Below are positions 53,711 through 64,000 of a stretch of DNA of 64,000 nucleotides, one piece after another. Source of the stretch: Cyanophora paradoxa CCMP329 (Eukaryota > Plantae > Glaucophyta). The stretch covers positions 62,001 to 126,000 of the forward strand of contig QPMI01000408.1 of NCBI GenBank assembly GCA_004431415.1, read 5' to 3'. Every line of letters starts with the position of its first letter. Position 1 is the first letter of the stretch. The translations under genes and the position numbers were made by a program. The notes beneath the pieces were generated by a model, which did no database searches, was not told where the DNA came from, and was given only the letters and a program-made list of their open reading frames with translations.

Positions 53711-54311
53711 TGAAACCACTTAACATTGGTTTGTATTCGATCGACGGCCCGACAGGATCAGCGCTGCTAGAGGCGATGCGCAAGATCGATGTGTTTGCTA
53801 CAGGTAATTCGCTAGCATTCTCATCCACCTCGGGGATTGCGACGATCGTCTTAGCAGGAACAGCAGATGATGGAGGAGAAAGCTTTTTATCAATTTTGGT
53901 CTTAGCAATCGGTTCGTTTAAAATCTTGTTTTCCATTTTAGTCTCAACCGCTATACCAGCAATAAGATCACCAGCACGCTTCTTTGAAATTGTTTTCAAC
54001 CCAGTCACTGTTTTAATGAAATATCTGCTACGATTACCAGTCTCTGATACATACAGCGGACCATCGTCAGTATCCTTCAGTTTACTAGTTTTGCTTTTCT
54101 TTGTCCGCGAATTTGGGATATTATCTAGAATAGCGTTTTCGTCGGCAGTAAGAGCAAAATCGATAGACGCACCCTCACCACCAGCAGTCCGACGAACTAA
54201 AGGATAGGATTCAGTATCACCGCTCAAAAATTCAATATTATTCTTTTTATTGGGTGAGTTTGTAAGTTTTCTAGAAGCCGAAGGCAAGTAGCCACTTGTG
54301 CTACGCACCAT
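53679..54311 (-). CDS. Candidate core protein (A3)
   Basis: Same protein as in A1. Confidence 0.7.
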   Translation of the reverse strand: MVRSTSGYLPSASRKLTNSPNKKNNIEFLSGDTESYPLVRRTAGGEGASIDFALTADENAILDNIPNSRTKKSKTSKLKDTDDGPLYVSETGNRSRYFIKTVTGLKTISKKRAGDLIAGIAVETKMENKILNEPIAKTKIDKKLSPPSSAVPAKTIVAIPEVDENASELPVANTSILRIASSSADPVGPSIEYKPMLSGFTKLGLRHRWE

Positions 54312-54381
54312 TTGTTTTAAATAAGGAACAGAAAAAAGTCGACAGACAAGCTGCCTCGGCTGCGCATTCGCGAAAGTGAAT

Positions 54382-55255
54382 TTAAGCAAAACTGCGATCA
54401 AACGGATGAAACTCACTATCTGTGTTTCTGATTGACGAGCGAAGTGATGCCTTTGTGTATGAAGAATCTTCAATTTCGAACTCGATAACGAATGAGAATT
54501 CAGTGTTAATAGCTGCAGTAAATCCATTAAAATAACGTATTGACACATCAAGTTGTTCTAACTCAGAATAATGATCGACGGAAACAGGAACACGTTCATC
54601 AGATGTATATTTGATAAGCTCTCCAAATTTCGCATCGATATGAATCTTTGCCAACGATGTGTTTGTCCAGTTATTTATTGTGTGAATCGAACCACGAATC
54701 TGATCGATATGTAGGAAGAGATAAGTATGATAAAGAAGATCAACAGGTATATCGCCAACGATAGCAAACGCATAATCAACAGCATCAACTGTGATTGGAG
54801 TATCCAGCTGTTCTGCGGAATCTGTAACAGCCTTTGTGAAGCCGAGCAGATTTGCGAGTTCAAGTGGAAAACGTCAGAGTAAACTCCGATTCACACAAGA
54901 TTGTGATTTTCATTGAAACATCATCAAAAACCGTTAAGAACTTGCGTTGGTAAGTACTCCCCAAATAACTGTATTGTTGTGTTTTCAAAAGAACGTTCAT
55001 ATAATTCGTAAGAGATGTTGGAGTATATGATCCAGCTCGAAATAGGTTCGTTCTGGTTTTAATTACATTGCTAGGATCGAGCGTAATGGTTGTTATTGAA
55101 GCATCAGCAGCTAGATTATACATATTGTGAAAAAGTTCTAGCGATTCAATTCTAGCCGACTTCACGTTTGCTAACGCCCGAGGCAGATTAATTTTGAAAT
55201 TCGAGGACGTGCCTTCGAACCGATCTCTAGAATCAACATTTACGCGGAGTTTCAT
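54382..55255 (-). pseudogene. Minor capsid gene of A3 with a 2-bp deletion
   Basis: CAAGTGG at ~54861 against CAAGAGTGG in A1. Confidence 0.8.
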
Positions 55256-55299
55256 CTTTACAACAATATACGTGAAAATATTCTGTAATATAATATCAA

Positions 55300-56529
55300 A
55301 TGGCGCAAGCAGGAACTACTCTGAAAGAGCTCCTAACAACCAAAGGATCGAACGAGCTTTATCTATCGCCAGGTCTAACTGTCGGTGTTAGCCCAAAGTT
55401 TAAGCCTTTCCTTGAGACGATCCGTCCGCGAGGCAACTCATACGGATTCGCACAGACTGCTGCTTTCGACCTTCCGCGCAAGCAACTTCTAAATGGCGTC
55501 TCCCTATATTTTAAGGTAACAGTCGCTGGTGGAGCTGCCGCTTCGGTTCTTCCTAATGGTGCTGGTGCATTTATTGAAAACGTACGCTTTGTTCATGGAT
55601 CTTTCAAAATGGTAATTCCCGGTGATTGGCTTACAGTGAACGCACTGATTGATAACAGCGTCGCATCCGCCCAAGCTTTTGCTAGCAGCTACGGCTTTGG
55701 AAAAGACGCAGCTCTAGAGATTCTCGATGCTAGCCGAGAGTACGTGCTGAAGATCCCATCACAGCTTTGGGACAATTCATATTTCCCTCTGCTAGCACTT
55801 GCGGATATGCCAACCGTCGAGATTGACTTCCGTTCGGCTGGTGTGATTGGAACTGTTGCTGATGCTATTGCGACTCTAACGGATTGTGCCCTGGTTTGTC
55901 AGTTCGTGAATATTCCTAGCGAAGAGGCAGAGTCTATGCTAAAATCTGCGAACGAGTCTGGCGGTATTAGAATTCCCTTTACTGAAATCATTTCAAAGCG
56001 CTCACGCCAGCTTAAGACGGACGACGCAGGAAACGCTGTCGAAATATCCCTTGCTAACGTTAGCGGCCTTGTGCACGCGATCCTGATGACAGTGCGTAAT
56101 GCGAATCACCTGGGCACTCGCAATCATAATTCATTTGCCGGTAACGGTAACGCTTTGAAGATTGATTCGTTTGAGATCATGCACAATAATCGCACTCTCG
56201 ATATCAGTAATAAGCCAATCTCTGGATTTGTTTCGAGCTGCTATCATATCCCAACTCAATATCGCGGAGCAACAACTGGTAATTCAGCCCTTGGTTTTGA
56301 AGACGGAAATGTCTATGGTATTGTGCTTTCGAAATCTGGCAAAGACTCCCTCCACAACGCTGTCCTCGGCTACACAGACTTCTTCAACTCAAGCAGCAGC
56401 TACTGCTCCCTCACTGTCACCGGATGTACAAACACCGCACCAGCTGTAGTCGATTTTCACGTCCTGCGCCACAACGTTCTCGTAATTAATTCATATCAAA
56501 TGTCGACTCTAAAAGTAAGTAACTTCTAA
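55300..56529 (+). CDS. Putative major capsid protein (A3)
   Basis: Near-identical to 4598-5827. Confidence 0.8.
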   Translation: MAQAGTTLKELLTTKGSNELYLSPGLTVGVSPKFKPFLETIRPRGNSYGFAQTAAFDLPRKQLLNGVSLYFKVTVAGGAAASVLPNGAGAFIENVRFVHGSFKMVIPGDWLTVNALIDNSVASAQAFASSYGFGKDAALEILDASREYVLKIPSQLWDNSYFPLLALADMPTVEIDFRSAGVIGTVADAIATLTDCALVCQFVNIPSEEAESMLKSANESGGIRIPFTEIISKRSRQLKTDDAGNAVEISLANVSGLVHAILMTVRNANHLGTRNHNSFAGNGNALKIDSFEIMHNNRTLDISNKPISGFVSSCYHIPTQYRGATTGNSALGFEDGNVYGIVLSKSGKDSLHNAVLGYTDFFNSSSSYCSLTVTGCTNTAPAVVDFHVLRHNVLVINSYQMSTLKVSNF

Positions 56530-56530
56530 A

Positions 56531-57235
56531 ATGGATATCAAATTGTTTGATCCAGCAGAAGTAAAACTTCCTAAACGGTTCTTGTTTGTCGGCCCCACCA
56601 ACTCGGGCAAAAGCACCTACGTAAAACACGTATTAAATGCTGTAGCAAATCAGCTAGACGATATTTACGTCTTCAGCACAACGGCATTTACAGAACAGTG
56701 GGACGATACCACTCACAAGAGCAATATTTATGAAGAATGGGATACAGTTTTGGTTGAAGAACTTTTAGAACGTCAAAAAGAAAGACGACGCAAGAAAGAT
56801 GATCGAAAAATAGCAATTGTTTTAGATGACTTGCTTGATAATGACCTAGTAAACGTCCACAGTGACCGATTAATGCAAAAGCTTTTTACTAGCGGAAGAC
56901 ATTACAATATATCGCTCTTTATCACGACACAACGTCTATGTGGCATTAGTCCGACGATTCGGCGAAATTGCGAATATGTATGCTTTTCGTCGATTCTATC
57001 GAATATTAAAGAGTTCGATTGCGTCTTTGCCGAATACAACGCCGGAGCGAGTCGAGCAGTTTTAATGCGTCTTTTCCTTGAATGGGGTCATTCGTATCAG
57101 GTTTTGATATTTGAAGCCGCGACCGTGGACCGCGTCTACTCTGTTGATAAATCTTCTGGAGATTTTTCGGTTCTATCAAGCTTTTTACACGCAAGAAAGC
57201 GGCCCGGTCGAAAGCCGGCAACCAATCTTGTCTAA
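56531..57235 (+). CDS. Packaging ATPase (A3)
   Basis: Near-identical to 5829-6533. Confidence 0.93.
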   Translation: MDIKLFDPAEVKLPKRFLFVGPTNSGKSTYVKHVLNAVANQLDDIYVFSTTAFTEQWDDTTHKSNIYEEWDTVLVEELLERQKERRRKKDDRKIAIVLDDLLDNDLVNVHSDRLMQKLFTSGRHYNISLFITTQRLCGISPTIRRNCEYVCFSSILSNIKEFDCVFAEYNAGASRAVLMRLFLEWGHSYQVLIFEAATVDRVYSVDKSSGDFSVLSSFLHARKRPGRKPATNLV

Positions 57236-57374
57236 GCAACCAACTAGTATATTCTGGTTTAGCTGAGGCAATCCACAAATAGCTTGCGCCCTTGTAAATG
57301 CCGAAGCTGATGCAGTGGCATGGTGAAAGTTGTGATCTCCCCGGCCAACATATTTCTAAATCTTCAATATCCAT
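57006..57374 (-). CDS. FG.YKG-motif small protein (A3)
   Basis: Near-identical to 6304-6672. Confidence 0.5.
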   Translation of the reverse strand: MDIEDLEICWPGRSQLSPCHCISFGIYKGASYLWIASAKPEYTSWLLRQDWLPAFDRAAFLRVKSLIEPKNLQKIYQQSRRGPRSRLQISKPDTNDPIQGKDALKLLDSLRRCIRQRRNRTL

Positions 57375-57403
57375 CAAAAAGATAAAGGGTGTTATTCCTT
57401 CAA

Positions 57404-57940
57404 TTAAACCTGTGGAAAGTTCAGACGCAAGAACAGTTTGTCTGCTTCAGAAGTATTCTCCAAGACATATGCATCACGAGCACGAGCAGCTTCTTCTGCA
57501 GTTGAGAAATAGCCAACGTGCTTCAGGCGACCATTTATTTTATAATGCGCCTGCCATTTACCACACTGCTGATCGAAGCTAACACCTATGAATCCACTCG
57601 AGTTATTTCGCCGCCGATTCTGGTTGAGCTGCTGCTGACGAGCAGTTGCCACACGGAGATTTTCACGTCTGTTATCCAGTTTGTTCAGATTTATATGATC
57701 AACTGTCAATCCGTTTTCGAGTTCACCCGAGATATAGTTATGCAAAAACACATTCTTTCTATTGATCGTGGTTCGAGCATATCCATAGTTATTTAAACGC
57801 CAGCGAAATCCAAGCATACGCTCAGCGTCATCCTGCGACACAAGTGCATAGGCAACTACGACTCCATATCGACCATTCCTACGACCAGTAATTGGAATTA
57901 GAGCAACACCTTCAGGGACATCAGGAATTGCGACCTCCAT
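57404..57940 (-). CDS. HNH-AP2 protein (divergent allele)
   Basis: Same motifs as 6702-7235 with many substitutions. Confidence 0.92.
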   Translation of the reverse strand: MEVAIPDVPEGVALIPITGRRNGRYGVVVAYALVSQDDAERMLGFRWRLNNYGYARTTINRKNVFLHNYISGELENGLTVDHINLNKLDNRRENLRVATARQQQLNQNRRRNNSSGFIGVSFDQQCGKWQAHYKINGRLKHVGYFSTAEEAARARDAYVLENTSEADKLFLRLNFPQV

Positions 57941-58051
57941 ATTTCTTCTTTTTCGTTACATTTACAGATTGCATTATCTTTAAGCCTAAAAAGTCGCGCT
58001 AATTTGTTATAAAAGGATTTATGTCTCATATTATTGAGACATAAGCGAACA

Positions 58052-58360
58052 ATGAGTTCTGCAGATTATACTGCTGTAAAGCGTGGCCGTGGACGTCCGC
58101 CAAAGGTTCGTCTTTTGACAATGGATTCATATGAACCAAAGAAGAAGGGTCGTAAGCCAATAGAGGTAACACCGGAGATTTTAGCAGAGCGACGCAGAAA
58201 GAATGCTGAACGGAATCGTAAACTACGTCATACGAACGAAACATATCGTTTGAAACAGCTTGCCATCACAGCAAAATATCGAGCTGAAAATCCTGATCGT
58301 ATTCGGGAGTACCACAGAAATGCTATTTCGCGTAGATGTCTTGCTAAAGACGTTGCTTAG
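58052..58360 (+). CDS. AT-hook basic protein (A3)
   Basis: As 7371-7679. Confidence 0.7.
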   Translation: MSSADYTAVKRGRGRPPKVRLLTMDSYEPKKKGRKPIEVTPEILAERRRKNAERNRKLRHTNETYRLKQLAITAKYRAENPDRIREYHRNAISRRCLAKDVA

Positions 58361-59246
58361 CACCAGCTCTAAGCTTTGGCTCTCCTGCAATCTCAAGCTT
58401 CTTGAGCTCTCGATCCTTCCGGTTTTGGCCGCTGTATTTTTTCGTTTCGATCAATCCCTCGCGTCTCAATCGTCTCTGCTGTCGCATTTTCACTTCTTCT
58501 TTTTCGATTCGTGTTTGATCAGGGAGATCACGAGGTTGACGTATTTCAGATGGTTTAACACGCCTAGAAATTTCCACACCTTGCTTTGTAATTAACCTAA
58601 CGCGGTTCTTATCAGCGCCAGCAACTATGTACGTCTCTTTGCTTGGTTTTGCCAGACCCTTCGCAAAAACACTGCTCTTTGGCTCAAGGATCTGCACCTC
58701 CGTGCCAGGTTTAGGCATATTTGTGTTCTCTCGTTCAATATCGTTCTGTCGCTGTCGCACTTGGTGAAGCTGTTCGGCAACCTGTGTATTTTCACGCATC
58801 CACGTTGGTGATCGCTCCTCGCCAAATGCACTGTGGGCTGTCTCATTGTACGCCTTGACAATTGCCGGCAAACGTGAGAGGAAATGCGGTGATCCACGTG
58901 CTTCAGTGTCAGCTTGGATAAGTGCTCGCAATGTCCTAGCGAACCTGTCGATAATTCCAAGTTTGTTACCTTTAGAAATGTGGTCATCTTTGGCAACATC
59001 AGTGTGTATTTTCAACGAGTTCTCTTCGACCATTGCCCGAATCGCAGCTGTGTTAAAACCGTTGTCGGCGGAGAAACCCCAGATCCCTGGCAGTTGCTCA
59101 ATCATTTTTGGAAGTTGTTTGAATGTTTCTATTTTTCGAACGATAGCGAAACGGGTTGCAATTTCTACGGCCGCAAACAGGCGATATCTCCCAATAAATA
59201 ATACATCAATTTGCCATGCACCAGGTGGCGCTGTTAGAGTGTACAT
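58344..59246 (-). CDS. rve integrase (A3)
   Basis: As 7663-8565. Confidence 0.88.
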   Translation of the reverse strand: MYTLTAPPGAWQIDVLFIGRYRLFAAVEIATRFAIVRKIETFKQLPKMIEQLPGIWGFSADNGFNTAAIRAMVEENSLKIHTDVAKDDHISKGNKLGIIDRFARTLRALIQADTEARGSPHFLSRLPAIVKAYNETAHSAFGEERSPTWMRENTQVAEQLHQVRQRQNDIERENTNMPKPGTEVQILEPKSSVFAKGLAKPSKETYIVAGADKNRVRLITKQGVEISRRVKPSEIRQPRDLPDQTRIEKEEVKMRQQRRLRREGLIETKKYSGQNRKDRELKKLEIAGEPKLRAGAKQRL

Positions 59247-59255
59247 CCTTATTAT

Positions 59256-62200
59256 TCAGACACGATTTTTGTAATGCCCAATAGCCCAGGTGTTGATTTT
59301 ATCATTATCTAGAAAACGCTTCGTATCTAGCGGATGCAACGCTTGACGAGAGGTATTTTGCAGATATATTTCATGTCGTTTCGAACGGAAACCGAGAATT
59401 CCTTTGATATCATACGATTGTTTTTCTCCTTTTTTTGGGCAGACACACCGGAGGAATACATCCCTTGTGAGTCTGTTGTAATATGTTTTTTGAATACCTT
59501 TGCACACCTGCTTATCTGTGGAATCTTCACGCGAATAATAGTAAGATTTCGGCCGGTTAGCGATCCACTCTGTCATTTGTAGACCATGAAGCTCATCCTT
59601 GAATAATCCCGGAGTTTTCCCCATCGATCGTAGAGCTCGAACCTCATCGGCTGTCATGCCATCAAAGAATCGATGTGTCTCTGGGTAGTCGCTAACATCC
59701 AGCTCATGCTTGATTGAGCGTAAATCAGCATAGATATCTTTGGTGCGAACCTCGATGATGAGACTGTCAGTATCAGTTCCAAGTAGCTTAAGCCGATGAC
59801 CCCAAAGCGGTTTGAGCACCTGATAGTAGAAGCGATACATGTGCAGCTTGGACAATTCGAGAATGACAAATCCACAGTAAATTGGTTTATTTAAATTATA
59901 CTCACTTTTTCGCTTGGAAACGAATACAAGGTTCTCTTCGTACATCACCACCTGCTTCAACCGATTTGGTTCGCTGTTTATCTTTGCCAAACGATCACCA
60001 GATGTAACAAGCTCGGAGAAACAGTGTTTTCTCACGTTCTCCATCGTCTTTCCGAATACACTGTTATTCATTAACTTGAAGAGATCCTGTTTGTATTTGT
60101 GATCAGCACGCTTGCGTTCACTTGTATTAAGATCGATGAAATCGTTCAGCCACGCACTTTGTTCGTACGATAAAACACGGTGGATGTTGGTTACAATCAT
60201 TCCCAGTGTAGTATAAAGCTTAAGCAAACGCCCATCAACAACATAATTCTTCTTTGGCAACAGGTTTGGAACCAATTTTGGGGTTCTTTCGACTGAAGTA
60301 AGCTTTTCGTTGTTAATCATATCCTGCTGTTGTTTCGATAGATGATCTATGGACACGCACATTCGTTCAGGAGCTAGTGGATAATCTGAGAAATCATCGT
60401 GGAGATGGTCAGGCATGTACATATCAACTTCTAGAGCATAGCCACGAGGACCATCAGCGTCAAGGTTTTCAACGAACTGCATAGCATCAACATCTTGATC
60501 GAGTTTTTCCCAGCGGAAACCTCCAGTGGGGAGTTTTTGTTTCATAGCAACGCCATACAGATTATTCGCATCAAGGTACATCAGCCACGATTCTTTGCCT
60601 GTTTTTTCGTAGTTTTGCACACATTCAATCTGGGTTGCTGATTCATCAGCATGCGTATATTTTCCAAATTTCTTTAAAATTGTCGCTGCTTTTGCTGCTT
60701 TCTTTTTATTCTTTGCAATCACTCTTGAACTCATGTCTTTTACGTGTTTCAGGAACTCGTTATCAGCTTTAGCGTATCTCTTTGATATCATGCTGATGCC
60801 ACCCTAATTCCTGATTCTATGAATCTATACATATCTTGTTGTCCCTCGTGAAAAAGCTCAAGCTTAATTCCTGTGCGTTTAAGAGCAGCTTGCCAAGCGA
60901 ATCCTGGTGATGATATGAAATAGCTTGGATCTAATCCATACGTTTCCATGCATGTATCACGATAGTTTTCAAATACATCGGCAAGTAACGAAATGTCAGT
61001 ATTCATATATTCCATAGTATAGTCTGATATCGTTCTACATGCAAGCTTTCTCCAAACGATCTGAGCATGTGCGTACTCGTCTTTTGAGCATTTCTTTTGT
61101 TTTAGTTCGTTCTTAAAGTATCGACGTACAGGTAGTTCTGTTTCTTGAAAACGTTGCCAGCTTGATATATAGCTATATGGATATATCCCCTTGCTTGTCA
61201 TCAACTCGAATCTAGTATCATCCGGATACATTGTGCGCGTGATCTTCTTCTTCTCCGCTGGGACCGCTTTCGCTAGATCATCCAAACTAGCATTCAAATG
61301 TTGCATCGAATCACGAAGTACATAAATTCCATACTTAAACTGTGATATCTTCTCGCTATTCTGAAAGGTTTGATCAAATTTGATCGAAAGGAGACTCTGC
61401 GGGCGGAGCCGGCGTTCGAGCCCCTTCTTAACCTTCTTTTTCTGCTCTGGGGTCATCTCACGTCCACCGTACTTGCTTTGAAACTCACTTTCGACATGTG
61501 CTTGAAACTCAGCCCAAGCTGCTGAACGGCGGTTTTTGCCAGATGCTATTGCTCTCACGAACAGGTGAAAGTCAAATCCACGACCATTATGAAAGAATAT
61601 AGGAACAGCAGCAGATTTTGCACGGCGGCGATTGCAAGCACGACAGGCTGCTCCAATGTATTTACCTGTATCATGACAGTGATCACGGTGCTTGTCTTTG
61701 ATATCTTTGAACGTGTTTTTGCACATATAACAGTCTGTCGTTGTTTGAAAACACTGTTCCTCTTCCGGATTCATCTGGATTGGTACACTTGCTTTGAGAA
61801 GTTCTCTAAATTGTGGTTCCATTTCGTCAAGCCATTTTACGAACTTATCAGCACAGTCTTCATTCTCGGAACCCATACATTTAAATGAAAACTGTTCGCC
61901 TTTCGAAGATACAACCAGACAGCCGACTGAAGCAATCACATGCAAACCTTTTTTTTCGGTCTTTCCACTAATGCAGGGAATCGGCAATGTAATAGTCTCT
62001 GAATCAGCATATCCGACCAGACGTTGGCGGATTGTGTACTCATAGTTAATAAACTTCTGGATGTGAGCTCCTTTTTTGGGCAGAACATCTCGTGCGTGTT
62101 CATCGCGTTCGAGACAGCGGTCATATTTAAGATGATTTTCAAATGCTTGATCTGAGCTAAAACCGACCTGGCAGGCTAAGCAATAGTGCTTTGCATTTGA

Positions 62201-63382
62201 TTCGTTCTTTCGGAACAGTCGTGAGACGCTCTTAATCCAGAGGTAATGCCCAACATCGTTTCCCTCCCCAGCCGGCACATACAGTATTGGGATTGCGTCT
62301 CTCGCAGCACTGATATGGATTGGTATGATATCCTGCTTATCTAGAGCAGTTGTATAAACGCAGAGTTTGACGTTATTTGCTTGCTCGAATTTGGTGAACA
62401 TCCTCGAGTCAAGCGGTGTCGGATATGTAAGCATTGAGCAGTCCAGCGATGTCTCGTGCTGGCGGTAGTTCCCTGCATGCCGAGAATCAACACCTTCGCC
62501 CAATGGATTGCGAGCAGAAAGGACTGCGTATTTAAAGCACTCGTTGTTCGGTGCATTTATATTGATAAGCGCGTGCTTGTCTGAGAGCCATTTTGGCAGT
62601 ACAAAGCCTCGGCCACGGCCACCAATCCTTCGGAAATAGCGCACAGTTTTAAAGACCAGATACACCCACGTGTCAAATACTGAGGAATCCCTGCTTTTCT
62701 CTTCCGAGATCATGTCTAATTCTTCGAGCTGTGAACGCAAGGCCGCCTCAATGCTTGTCCCTGGTTCGATGCGATCGAAACGACGATGTTCAATAACGAT
62801 AGCGATCGTAGAATCTGTCTCTGGCTTTCTGTAGACACCCAATCCAGAGATTTGTAGTGCAATGCCCATTCTTGACGTCTCTGCAAGATTTACCTGGGCG
62901 CTTACGAATGATATAGCATTCTGTTTGAAAAGTTCGTTGTTTTCAAATCTGGCTTGCATTGATGTTACACGTCCTGATCCGCGTGGTAGCTGATATTTCC
63001 ACTCTGCATATCGCCCGTCAAGCGCTGTAGTCGTAGTCCCGTCGTTGATTTGAACATCATCTCCGACGTCAACCTCAGGCAGCTCGGCAAAGCCACGGAC
63101 GATCTCTGCCTGCCCCTCTGCGATCGCTAGCTCTAGTCGACGACCTGACACAGGACGCGTTGGTCTAGGAAGTCGAGATAGTTCGTTCAATAGTGAAGCG
63201 TATTTTTCCAACGTTGTATATCTTGTTCTCGATCCTTGCGCTGTAATTCTTAGCAATTTATTTTTGAAAGCACCATGTATGACACGTAGATTGTACAATG
63301 AAGTCGTGAGCGCTTCGATCTGGTCTTTAATACGGGCTGACCGGAAGCGCCGAGTCGCTGCATTATTCTGGGTAACGTCCAT
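59256..63382 (-). CDS. Protein-primed PolB (A3), with a 1-bp homopolymer frameshift near 60802
   Basis: Same motifs as A1; CCC where A1 has CCCC in the GIRGG codons. Confidence 0.92.
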
Positions 63383-63485
63383 TGGAAGTATATATCACAA
63401 TTTTTTTGATTATTTTAAACGCAACTTTACATAGCAATATTGGATAGAGATCTCTTTAAGACAAAATAAGATAAACCACCTGAAC

Positions 63486-63912
63486 CTAAACTTGGACTAC
63501 GTCATCGGTGGGAATAATTAGCGTCTAGCTAGAACCTGAACTCGAGTATGTAATTAGATTCCGATGATATAGTAATTACGTGTAGCATAACCCTTGAAAC
63601 CTCTTTGTTTTTTAGATTCGAAATACACACAATTAACGTCTAGATGATGTTGAAGATTATTCCGAGACCGGCGCTTTGGGGGTCCGCCTCAAATCATTGC
63701 TATATCTTTTGCAAGATCGATCGGTCTAGACGTTGGATATTACCTAGCGGTTGCTTGATGGTTGGTTTGGATAGGTTGTGGGGTAGACGTAACGAAGGAT
63801 TGGAAGAGTGTGTTGGTTGGAAGGCGTTGGAGTGTGTGGGTTGGGGTGGTTTGGAGGAGTGAGGGTGGTGAAGAGGTGCGGGCCACAGAATCAGGTCCTC
63901 TCTCATTTTTTT
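63486..63912 (-). repeat. A3 right TIR
   Basis: Inverted relative to the inner unit of the left terminus; the outermost ~45 bp differ. Confidence 0.9.
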
Positions 63913-64000
63913 GCCGGTGGCGCGGCGCGGCCTGCCGCTGCCGCCGCCCTTCTTCCCTGCGGCCTCGAGCACGAGCGGCGGATCGTAATGAACCGCGCGC
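63913..64000 (-). CDS. Gypsy ORF1, upstream part
   Basis: LEAAGKKGGGSGRPRRATG continues in frame into 24145 once one TSD copy is removed. Confidence 0.7.

Larger units (their letters stand above)
52881..63912. mobile_element. Polinton-like virus A3
   Basis: Same gene order and orientation as A1; ends T7 followed by the GCCGGT TSD. Confidence 0.93.
1504..64000 (-). mobile_element. Ty3/Gypsy LTR retrotransposon, interrupted by A1 and A2+A3; 5' end outside the window
   Basis: LTR and PPT at the left end; PR-RT-RH-IN order on the minus strand; ORF1 resumes in frame across the GCCGGT TSD (63913-63918 / 24146-24151). Confidence 0.9.

Overview
Eukaryotic (probably protist) DNA, GC-rich with AT-rich introns, almost entirely filled by nested mobile elements. 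(1) A large minus-strand Ty3/Gypsy LTR retrotransposon (3' LTR 1504-1861, PPT 1862-1873, 5' end beyond the window) lies just after an exon of an XK-like membrane-protein gene. (2) It is interrupted twice by AT-rich endogenous Polinton-like viruses of one family, 'A'. A1 (2548-13256) has 459-bp TIRs and a CCCCGA target-site duplication (TSD). The fused pair A2+A3 (24152-63912) is flanked by a single GCCGGT TSD. Family A encodes a protein-primed PolB, rve integrase, major and minor capsid proteins, a packaging ATPase, an HNH-AP2 or AP2 protein and small basic proteins, but no recognisable maturation protease. (3) The A2 major capsid gene is split by a related virus, 'B' (32724-50696, ~405-bp TIRs, AGCAG TSD). 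B has a homologous virion module but a PolB-like/SF1-helicase/HNH-like fusion as replicase. (4) B carries a 6.5-kb GC-rich insert with a 350-bp direct repeat and a ~147-bp minisatellite. Highlights: one capsid module paired with three different replication modules, cores inverted relative to asymmetric termini, a terminus-to-terminus junction, and D-D(38)-D integrases. Protein calls rest on motifs and synteny read by eye; no searches were run.
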